From NCBI RefSeq assembly GCF_006345805.1, contig NC_042999.1, positions 170,624,001 through 170,688,000 on the forward strand: a stretch of DNA of 64,000 bases, written 5' to 3'. Of this stretch, positions 12,986-24,743 are shown piece by piece; position 1 is the first letter of the stretch, and each line of letters starts with the position of its first letter. Origin of the DNA: Octopus sinensis (taxonomy: Eukaryota). The notes beneath the pieces were generated by a model. That model was not told the origin of the DNA, made no database searches, and saw only the letters and a list, made by a program, of their open reading frames with translations. The translations under genes and the position numbers were made by a program.

Positions 12986-15284
12986 GAAGTCAACTGGGGA
13001 TCGTCTTCACAGGCTCATGCCTACAAGAATGCATTGACATCGACGCATAAACTGGCTCATATTGAGGAACATGTTAAGAACTTCCGGTGAGTGAAAAGGT
13101 TTTCTTTCTTGAATGAGAAACGGAATTTCAGATTTGTCAAGTGACTTAATTTTGAGGTCGTGGGTGAAGAGTAAAAGAACGACGAGTATGTGAGATGGAA
13201 TTAGGTGGATGTAGAATGCAAGCAGCTAGCCATGAGAAACAAATGCCATTGTAGAAATGGTAGGAACTGCAGAGTGATGAGACACAAGTTGTGAGTTGGT
13301 CAGTGATCCCTTGCCAATTAATCGATCGGCATTATTTATCTATCACACCATCAGATGCTCGTGTTTCAGATATAGTACTTCATTATTGGTTTTATTTCAA
13401 CTCTGTAAAGAGATAAGTTGTTATACGCTGAAGTGTTTACAAAATATATCATTTCTCAGAATGGATCAGTTATCTTAAAAGCTTTAAATAAGTTTAGAAA
13501 ATACTTCGTTTTGCTGCAGTCCGCCATGCTACAGTCCATGACTTTGCTTTATCCCTAACAGGGTGGCTGAACGGGTACCATGCCTTGCTAAAAGGCATCT
13601 CGTAACTACGCCGGGTACGGTCCGTGATGTATTTTCAAATTACCTACATAACCTCTCGATACGCGATACGTATTTTGAAGTAAGAGATATTACGATAAAC
13701 AAAAGTTTCTACTATTAATTCTTGTATACATTTCACCATTATGACTGCTTGGAATCCTACAAGCGCATTTGGACGCTTATCTAGAATGTATTACCAGGGA
13801 ACTCTATCTTGCATTAATTTGAAGTAGGAGATAAATTAAGGGATATTTAAACATTAATGAGAAATAATTATGTTGTGGGACAGACAGACTAATCGACAAG
13901 TTTGAGTTAACATATTTAATTAAAACGCAAACTAGAAATGCTCATTTGACAAGCAGAGAAAATAGTATTAACCAATAACCAGCTTTAATTTCATTTTTAC
14001 CGAAAATGCCGGTTAACATATTTTGTCCATAATCTGTCGTCGTCAAAAAAGTATAGTTTTTAGTTAAATTTTAAGCTTCTCGAATAAATCTTTTATCTCT
14101 TACTCGCTTCAGTCATTGGACTGCAGTTATGCTGGAACAACGCATTTGAAGGGTTCAATCGGGCAGAGCGCCCCAGTACATATTTTTAAAGCCTCCTACT
14201 TATTCTTTTCCCCTCTTTTACCGAATCACTCAGTTACGAGGACTTAAACAAGTTAAGTCAACGCCAGTTGTTAAGCGGTGGCTTCACACTCTCAACATAC
14301 CGTTGGTTTCCACACAGCTTCCGCCTATCAAATTCACAAAGCGTTAGTTGGTCCGGGGCTATAGCAGAAGACACTTGTGCAATGCATTACACAATGGGAT
14401 TGAACCTGAAACCACATGATTGCTAATCGAGCTTCTTAACCGCACAACATACCTTAACACTGACGTCATTGCTTTTCAAGTGGTGACGTCATCCAGTTAT
14501 TTTAAGTATATTGACGAGAGTAAAAAGGAAAAAAGAAATTCATGTTCCTTAAAGTGATTTCGTTGAATAAAATTCTGTCGAGGTTGACTCTGTCTTTCAT
14601 CCTTTCGGGGTCGACAAAATAGGTATCAGTCAATTACTGAGGTCGTTTTAATAGCTTCGACCTCGCTTCAAAAAAATGCTGGCCTCGTGCCAAAACCCGA
14701 AACCATCATTTCACTAGATGAGATAAAGTTTAAATGGTGATACTGAAATGTGTGTGAATATTGGTTTTAAATTTTGGCACAAGGCCAGCAATTTCGGGCG
14801 ATGGGGTAAGTGGATCACACTGCCTCCACCCCAGTGATATATATTTTATCGAACCCGAAAGGATGAAAGGCAAAGTCGACCTCAACAGAATTTGAACTCG
14901 GAACGTGAAGACTGACGAAACACTGCTAAGCATTTTCCCAGTGTGCAAACATTCTGCCAGCTTGCCTCTTTACTCTGTGTGAATGTTGATATCGCCAAGT
15001 CAGCTATCATTTCTGGAGTACTTTACTAACAAATTAGTATTCCTATTTCAAATTCATAACTTTAGAGATTGATACGTTATGAATTTTATTTTTCAGGCCT
15101 CAAATTTTATTGTTGTGTGGCTATCCTAAAAACAGACCAGATCTGGTGGATTTCGCAGCATCGATCACCAAAAGAAGCTGCTTGCTTATATGCGGACAAA
15201 TTTTCCTGGTAATCATTTTTTTTCTTATCTTTCTTCTTTCCATCACTTTCCCTTTTCTTCTTTCCTCTTCTTTTCTTTCTTTCT

Positions 15285-15316
<32 letters not shown>

Positions 15317-17488
15317 TCCCTTTAATAATTTTCCTTTTCGTTCGGTTTCCTTAGGACCAAAATCTTGATAATATTGAGTTTACACTGAAACATAAAGATA
15401 AGTACATGCATACACAATATAATTTACAACACATTTTCCCCGCAGTTTTTGTTTACCATATCCACTCACAAGGCTTCGGTCCATCCGGGGTTTGGGGGTT
15501 TTGGTAGAAGACACTTGCCCAAGATGTCACGCACAGCGACTGAACCCAAAACCATGTGGTTGTAAAACGAACTTCTTAACCACACATCCATTCATGAGCC
15601 TACATCATGTGCCACAAAGAGGGGTGGGGCCGGAAAGAATCACAATTCATAATAATTGTCAAATATTTTCTGAAAGTGAGTAATTTAAAATACGGCTTTT
15701 TAGAATTTTAAGGTTTTCTTTTTTTTCTTTTTCAGGGAGACCTTGCAAAACACAAGAAACACCTGGGGTCAGCATCTGTTTATACCTGGTTCAAGAACAG
15801 AAAAATAAAAGCTTTTTATAGTAGTGTATGCTCAATTAACTTTCGAGGTGGTGCACAGAATCTTTTACAGGTAAATTATAACCTTTTGAGATACATTATT
15901 ATTTTTTATCAGATGCAGTATGGAATTTTGTCAGTGAACAGGTCGCGGTCGCAAAGCGACGAAAAGTGTTTTGATAAATTCAGTTTAAATGTTGAAGTTA
16001 ATCTAATGGTTTCTTATAAACACCTTCCACGCTGCAATAGTTTTGCTTCAGCTCACGATCTCAGATCAAGTCGCTTGCTATGCAAGTACATCTCTGTAAT
16101 ATTTTTTCTATTAGTATAAAAAGTACCGATAACTTGCATATTTATTCTTGGTACATTCCACCAAGTTCGAACGTGAGTTTCATCGTAGAACAACTTCTTT
16201 ATGATGAATATGTAGAGATAACACTCGATTCATTAGCACAAGGGATTCTGGGACGCCTGTTGTTTTGACATCGTTGTTTCTCGTCAGGCAGTAGCACCCT
16301 AGGACCAATGAATTTAAGAAAAACTGATGCTCTTGTTTATAACTTTAGCGAACAAACTGTTCGCTGATCAGTGCTGATATCTGTCAATCGATAATAAATC
16401 GTCTTGCTATTCACCGTGCATATGACGATTTTTTTTTATGTAAAAAGTATTTATAGTCCTCAACCTGTAATAAACGATGTCAAAAACTGAAATTAATTAT
16501 TAAGATTTTTTCTCTTATCTATCGTTTGTATGGTGTTTTGGGGGACTTTTAAACGTATTTTACACTGCAATTGATCATTCTATCTGGTCGGTGACAAAAT
16601 AAATGTTTATTCAGCTGTCTAGTTCTCATGAAAAATACTTTTGTTCCAAAAGCATCTGAATGAGGCAGAGGACACGGTCTGCTACAGGCGACGCTTTTAT
16701 GAGCGCAGCACTTTCGGGGGTCTATCGTATAAATCTGTATAAACTAGGGAACCAACTTGGGGTGGGTGAAAACTTAAGGGCAACCAGCTCCAAGCGGCAC
16801 ACACTCAAGCTACTCCACTGTTTATTTTAATCATAAAAGATACATTCGTTTTTCTTTTTCAACCAGAGTCATTGGCTAATCTGAAGGCCGTTAAGTCATG
16901 GTGTATATGTTGTTTCGGCTGAGGCTAATCCTCACGGGAGCACCTTAACTCAAAGATGTTACAACTGTGACTGTACTCTTTTCGAACATCAAGCAGTGGA
17001 TTGTATATGCCTTTTCTTTAAGATGAGTTCGAGTAGATGGACAGTTGACTGTTATTTTCTATTAGGCTGGCTCCATAGATATCAGTGATGGAAAGGAATG
17101 CATGATTCTGAGTATGAGAACTGAACCTTGAAGAAAACAGTTGCTATGCGGGAAAATAGATCTTGGTTCACTTTGCCTTTCAACCCTTCGAAGGTCAATA
17201 AAGAAAGCACCAGAAATGTACTAAAACCCATCTAATCAACCATCCCTACCTCTCGCTCTCTCGAGCGCCAATATGTGGCCACTTAACAATACTAGAAATT
17301 TATTAATGCAGCTGTTCTTGTTTTTAGATAAACGGTTTAGGAAAACTGAGCCCCAACACCATGCTAATGGGTTTTAAAAGAAATTGGCAAACTGATACAG
17401 GATCAAATGTCGACGATTATTTTAACGTGATTCAGTGAGTATATTGTAATGTATATATAAACAAACTAATATATGATAAAACAGTTTA

Positions 17489-17563
<75 letters not shown>

Positions 17564-18497
17564 GAGAGAGAGAAAGAGAGATGGCTGGGAATAAGAAAGC
17601 TTGCTTCCCAACCATATGGTCTGTAGCTCAATTCCACTACGCGGCCCGTGTGCAAGTATTCTCTACTAAAGCCCTGAGACAACCAAAGCCTTGTGAGTGG
17701 ATATGGTAGATGGAAAGTGAAAGAAGCCTGGCATGTATCTGTGTGTGTTTTTTCTATACTTGTGTCTGTGTGTACCTTTGTCTAGATATCACTTGATGGT
17801 TGTAAATGAGCATCACCGTCATACTAGCGATGTAGTCCATTTCCAATCTTCCGGGAAAAACCTTTCTGGCCATGGGGAAATATTTCCCTGCTTGGAAAGA
17901 AAGCAGATAAGAGATTTCTTCACAGTGGACACATGTGTTGCGCATAAACTAATCCAGTCTGGTTTTTACATTTCATTTCCTCTCCAGTTTTGCGCAGGCC
18001 TGGGCTAGATGTAAGAAAATCCTGGGTAGCCCAATCGTCAGGATTCCTCTCTTGACTTTGCTGACGTAGTCCAAAGGAGTGCAGAGCATTACGTTTGGTA
18101 CCAGCTTGGTTGCAGGAGCTGCCGGAAGAGTGTCAAGTCGAACACTAAACCGCCTACGGGGCCCCACTCCGGATTTCTTTGAAGATTGTCTCCTTTCTGT
18201 AACCCTGGATAGGGGCCCATACCGGGTACTGTCAGCCGGAGCCGGTCGTCACTCCTTGAAGTAGTGAAGAAAATCGCTACCTAATATATATATGAGTAGT
18301 ACCTGTATTTCAAAACGGGCGGACCTTGTCACATTCTGTGTCACGTTGAAGTTCCCAGTGAACTACGTTAGGGGTACGCGTATCTGAGGAATGCTCGGCC
18401 ACTTGCACGTTACTTTCACGAGCAAGATGTTCCGTTGATTGGACCAAGTGGAACCCTCTTCGTCGTAACCGACGGAGGGCCAGTTCAGTATGTATGT

Positions 18498-18537
<40 letters not shown>

Positions 18538-19757
18538 GTGAGAAAGAGAGGCCCGATGTTACCATTCACCTGATATCTTTTTGTTTCCTCGTGAAGTTAG
18601 GCTGTCATACTCAGCAGACGACCGTCTGTTAGCTTTTTGAGGCTTTGACTTTACAAATGGTAAAATCCTTTGTATCTGCCTTTATCTTTACCCCCCCTCT
18701 CTCTCTCTCTCTCTGTTTTCCTGTTTTTCCTTGTCTTTCTTTTTCCTTCTCTTTATCTTTCTTTCCGCCCTTTCTTTCTGTATGTTATTGACTTCTTCTT
18801 TGTCTTTTCTGCTTCCTCGCTTATCCCCCTCTCTCTCCCCCTCTCTCATATGTATAAAATGTATATTTTATATCTTATTTCGCTTATTATATTTCATTTG
18901 TATAGTGATGCCTTTGATCTGAATTATGGTGTTGGTATATTACGTGTACCAGATGGATTTGACACGCAAAGATTCGAAGAAGAAAATTTAGATCAAGAAG
19001 AATCGGATGCCGAAGTGGAAAGCTCTGACGAAGGTGTGTTATTAAGCCATCAAGGTCCCTCACTTCTCAATTGTCTATACACCAGTATATCCCTGAAATA
19101 ATTAGATTAGCATTGTTATACTCAGGGAGGGTCATGCTGTCAATAAATACACGCACTGGTTCACTTCAGTTTCAGTCTAAAAGTTCAGTTTTGTGCTGAA
19201 AAAATGTTGAGAGAAACGAACCACAACTAATTCATGTGTTTATTGGTTGTGTGATCCTCCCAATGAAATATGGATTTCAACAACCTGTTTCAGGTCAAGC
19301 TTCTTGCGAAATAAATTCAAAAAAGCTAAATTAGTGCTAACTAATGACTGATATTATGCTAATTAGTTTAGTAAGTATGGGAGATAACTCCAGACCCACT
19401 TTCTTAGACCTACTCAATGAAGTGTTAGACCTCAACCTACTCGCTGAAATCCTGATGGATGGATTACTGTATAGATGTACAGTATTGTACATAATTAGAC
19501 GTGAAATATTAGCGCGCGCGCGCGCACACACACACACACACACACATTATTATTACTATTAATAGTAATAATAAATCCCTGAGGTTGGTAGAGTAACAAA
19601 ATAAGAGAGAAAAATATTGGTTAGCTCCAGATAGGCCGTAAGCTAATCATAGTAACCAAGACCTTCCCATATTGTTCCTTGAAAATTTGACTGCCATAAG
19701 TTAATATGAACATTCGATTCCACCAAATCGCTCCTTCAGTGGGTTTGGAAAAATCTG

Positions 19758-19808
<51 letters not shown>

Positions 19809-22618
19809 GTGTGTGTGTGTGGATGTATGTTACATGCGCGCGAGCGTGTGTGTAGGGGCCTGCAATTTGCTCTATCGTTAACCTTTTTGTTATTTTGTTT
19901 TTATCAAGAAAGTCCATGTAGCGAAGACGCCATTTCTCGAATTGACGAACAACGCACATCGATTCAGATAACAGATGGCGATGTAATCCTTCAGAGATTT
20001 GCTCGCAAGAAAAGCGGTTTGGATAATCCTGCATACACAGAAGAAGTAATGAAGAATCCATTGCCAGAAGATAATCCGGTAATAGAAGTTGAAACGGAAC
20101 TAGAAAACCCGTCACAGTTTAGTAAAAAGCAAGAAGGCACCATTGATGTTTGGTGGTTAACAGACGACGGAGGCAAGTAGAATTATCTGTAATTGTTAAT
20201 TGTTGCTGTTTAGTTCCAGGTTAACCGTGCTCCAGCGTTCCAACCGTGATGCTCCCCTCATATATTCAATGACTACATATCAAAGTCACCGTTATCCAGT
20301 GCATCTTTTCTTCTCTACTGGGTGTGATCCACTACTGATATGGTCTAATGCGTTCTTCCTTATTTAACGATAAACGTCACCCTTTTCATACCCGGTTTCT
20401 GTGGGGTATGTGTTCCCCCCATAATGTAGCGAAGTTGAGCATGTATGTATGTATGTATGTATGTATGTATGTATGTATGTATGTGTGTATGTGTGTATGT
20501 ATGTATGTATGTATGTATGTATGTATGTATGTCGTGAATGTGTGTAAATGTATGTTGATCATGCCTCTGCAACACCGTTTGTTCCTCGTTGAATTGTTTA
20601 TTATATGAAGGTTCTCTTAATTATAAAAGTGTGCGACACGAATAGTGACTCACGCAGAGCTGAATATAAACGTCAAACATTTATTTATCCAAATTAACCT
20701 CAACTGTTCTATCCCTTCAGTGTAGGAGGGCTCCATAAAACCGAGATTTCTAACCTCTTCCATAAACTCCCCGACAGACACACGCATACATACATACATG
20801 CATATATTTATTTATTTATGCGCCCTTTTCAAGCCTAGCCTGAGCTCGGTTTCCCGGTTTCTGTGGCGTATGTGTTCCCCCCAAGAAACAGGAAGAGAGG
20901 GTAAGAGAAAGCTGTGGCAAAAGAGTACAACAGGGGTCGCCACCACCCCCTGCCGGAGCCTCGTGGAGCTTTTAGGTGTTTTCGCTCAATAAATATACAC
21001 AACGCCCGGTCTGGGAATCGAAACCGCGGTCCTCCATCCGCGAGTCCGCTGCCCTAAACACTGAGCCATTGCGCATCCACCTTCTTCCTTATTCACATCA
21101 TCATAAATTACATTTATCGTTTACAGGATTAGCTGAGGCAGAGCTGCTTATGCGGCGGGATTCTCTTTCCGTAACCAAATCCAGCAAATATCTTAATTTT
21201 AAACCATTCTAACCATTCTCTGCAGTCATTTAGATGGATATCATTTTTTTCCTCTTCTTCCGATGCAGGTTTGACGCTTCTTGTTCCTTACATGCTATCT
21301 TGTCGGAAGAAGTGGAAGAACTGTCGTCTAAGAGTTTTCTGTGGAAGCAGCAAAATGGGTGACGTCGACAGTGAACACAGACGGTAAGTTATCTTCCTCA
21401 ATGGATTTAGAAGACCATTCCTTAACTGCAAATCTTATGTAGAATTTCGTATATAAAAAGAATATCTTAGCTATCTTCCAACATCGAATTGACGGAGTCT
21501 TTAGAACATCAGACTGCTTCAGTGTTTGTCCTGACTTTCGATGTTCCGAGTTCAAATCCCAGTGGCAACAATTTGTCTTTTATCTCTTCAGGCATCGATA
21601 AAAAGTACCTCCTCTCCTTTCAAATCCAGCTTCCCCTTTCCACCTCTTTTCCTTCTCCTCTTCACTTCCGCCGCCTCTTCCTGTTTTTCCTCTTCCTCCT
21701 CATAATTATCCTCTTCTTCCACCTCCTTACCATAATAATTAACCTTAGCTGTCTCCTCTTCCTCATTAGTCTTATCATCTATACCATCATCTTATTAATC
21801 TTCTTCTTTCTCATCTTCCTTCTCATCATATTCATCATAATGCTCTTTTTCCTCTTCCTCTTCTGCCCATTCATCATCATCATTATCATTAATCTAATCC
21901 ATCTTTTCTTCCTACTATTCTTCCTTCTCATCATTCTCCTCCACCTCCTCATCAACCAAAACCCCCTCTTCATCATTATCGTTTTAAACTTTCTTTTTAC
22001 TATATATATATTTTTTACTAACAGGATGGTGATATTACTCAGCAAGTTCCGTATAGATTATTCACAAATAACAGTCATTCCTGATCTTCGACATAAACCC
22101 TCACAAACCAGGTAAGAATTGTTTTATTTTCAGTCAAAAACACACATTGGTTTTATGATATCGTTTCCGATCATTTATGCTTTGTCTGAACAGGTCAACA
22201 GTTTATAGAATTTGTTTCGGAAGAATCCAGTGCAAAATCATACAATAACTAGTTATCCATTAGCAAATAATCCACTATTCTACCTCTTGGTTATCCGTTA
22301 ATCCATCGCTAAATTATATCCTACTATACATATGTTTAACTTTGCCAGTCACCACTAAGTCAATCACAAATTCCCCACCGCATCATCTACCAATCATCAC
22401 CATCAATTTTATTATTATTTGTAGAATTGTTAGAGCGTCAGAAAAATACTGTCTTTTTTTATTTTTATTATTTTTTTTGCCTTCGTAGTTCAAATTCCGC
22501 AGCGGTTAACTTTGCTTTTCATCCCTCCAGCGTCGACAAAATGAAGTATCAATCATATGCTGAGGTTGAGTTAATGGATTCCTCCAAAATTTCAGGCCTT
22601 GTGCCTATAGTAGAAAGG

Positions 22619-22690
<72 letters not shown>

Positions 22691-23806
22691 GAGTGAGAGA
22701 GCAGTGCATGCCATCAAAGTGACACTGGGTTAAAATATACGAAGCCCAGTATACACATCATGACCACCCGTCTGATAAGGGTACACTAGGTACATGCATC
22801 ACAACCATATGTGCGCTCATGGTGATCTCATATCAAGATAAACAGCACATGACCTTGCAGGTGGGGCCCAGTTAGAATTTTCTTCAGGTCGAGTAGCCCA
22901 TTCCTCTCAAAATAAGGGTTGTTTAATGATATTGAACGAACCACCCATGTTTCCAGAGGTGAATTATCCAAACCTCCAAGAATTCCTTTCAACACCCGGC
23001 TATGATGCTCCCCACTACTTCTGCTTGTGATCAGAGATGCACATATCGTCAGCCACTAAGGGACATGCTCAACTGGTTAAGGTCAAACAACTGACAAGAA
23101 AATCTGTGGTATTGAGCAGAATATTTGCTGTAGCCCATCTTTTATACCAAGATAAAACAATGTACATGATAACACTTCCAATCAGTTAAGATCAGGATCA
23201 ATGAGAGCCACTGTATGGTACTGCATCAGGGCATTTATTATTATTATTAATATTGAGTGAGCGAGCAGAGCATGCCATCAAAGTGACACTGGGGTAAAAT
23301 ATACGAAGCCCAGTATACCCACCATGACTACCCGTCTGATAAGGGTACACCAGGCACATGCATCACAACCATATGTGCGCGACATGGTGATCTCATATCA
23401 AGATAAACAGCACATGACCTTGCAGGTGGGGCCCAGTCAGAATTTTCTTCTGCTCAAGTAACCCATCCCGCTCAAAAGGTCCCTGAATAAGGGTTGTTTA
23501 AGGACGTTGAACGAAACACCCATGTTTCCAGAGGTGAATTATTCAAACCCCAAAGAATCCTTCTCAACACATGGCTATGATACTCGCCCACTACTTCTGC
23601 TCGTGATCAGAGATGCACATATCGTCAGCCACTAAGGGACATGCTCAACTGGTTAAGGTCAAACAACTGACAAGCAAATCTGTGGTATTGAGCAGAATAT
23701 TTGCTGTAGCCTATCTTTTATACCAAGACAAAACAATGTACATGATAACACTTCCAATTAGTTAAGATCAGAAGCCATGAGAGCCACTGCCTGGTACTGC
23801 ATCAGG

Positions 23807-23847
<41 letters not shown>

Positions 23848-24416
23848 AGCGGCGAGCTGGCAGAAACGTTAGCACGCCGGGCGATATGCATAGCCGTATT
23901 TCGTCTGCCGTTACGTTCTGAGTTCAAATTCCGCCGAGGTCGACTTTTCGGGGTCGATAAATTAAGTACCAGTTACGCACTTGGGTCGATGTAATCGACT
24001 TAATCCATTTGTCTGTCCTTGTTTGTCCTCTCTGTGTTTAGCCCCTTGTGGGTAGTAAAGAAATAGGTATTTCGTCTGCCACTACGTTCAAATTCCACCG
24101 AGGTCGACTTTGCCTTTCATCCTTTCGGGGTCGATTAAATAAGTACCAGTTACGCACTGGGGTCGATATAATCGACTTAATCCGTTTGTCTGTCCTTGTT
24201 TGTCCTCTCTGCGTGTGGGTAGTAAAGAAATAAGTATTTCGTCTGTCGCTACGTTCTGAGTTCGACTTTGCCTTTCATCCTTTCGGGTGTTGATGGAATA
24301 ACTACCAGTTACGCACTGGGGCGGGGGGGGGGACGTCGATGTAATCGACTAGCTCCTTCCCCCAAAATTTCAGGTTTTATGCCTATAATAGAAAAGGTTA
24401 CTACTACTACTACTAT

Positions 24417-24496
<80 letters not shown>

Positions 24497-24712
24497 AGGA
24501 GGCGAGCTGGCAGAATCGTTAGCACGCCAGACAAAATGCTAAGCGGTACTTCGTTCGTCTTTATGTTCTGAGTTCAAATTCTTTCGTGGTCGATTTTGCC
24601 TTTCATCTTTGTCGAGATCGATGAAATAAATACCACTCAAGCACTGGGGGCTCGATGTAATTGACTAATTCTCTCCACGCAAATTTCAGGTTTTGTGCCT
24701 TTAGTAGAAATG

Positions 24713-24743
<31 letters not shown>

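Noticed and set aside
18010-18080. Possible HDV-like ribozyme in the RTE-like 5' fragment (TTCCTCTC resembles L3)
   Set aside because: Could not build P1/P2/P3 pairings by hand; needs a descriptor search
19285-19340. tttcag followed by a short open frame: a possible extra exon between G and H
   Set aside because: In-frame TAG before any good donor; exons G and H already join in frame
21489-22024. Hydrophobic 208-aa ORF that looks like a membrane protein (also 38305-38790 and 55366-55696)
   Set aside because: Made of (TTC)/(ATC)/(CTC) low-complexity repeats; only 22025-22111 is a real exon
22691-24400. Repeated blocks as a possible CRISPR-like or satellite array
   Set aside because: Eukaryotic context; the units are interspersed repeats found elsewhere in the window, with no repeat-spacer periodicity
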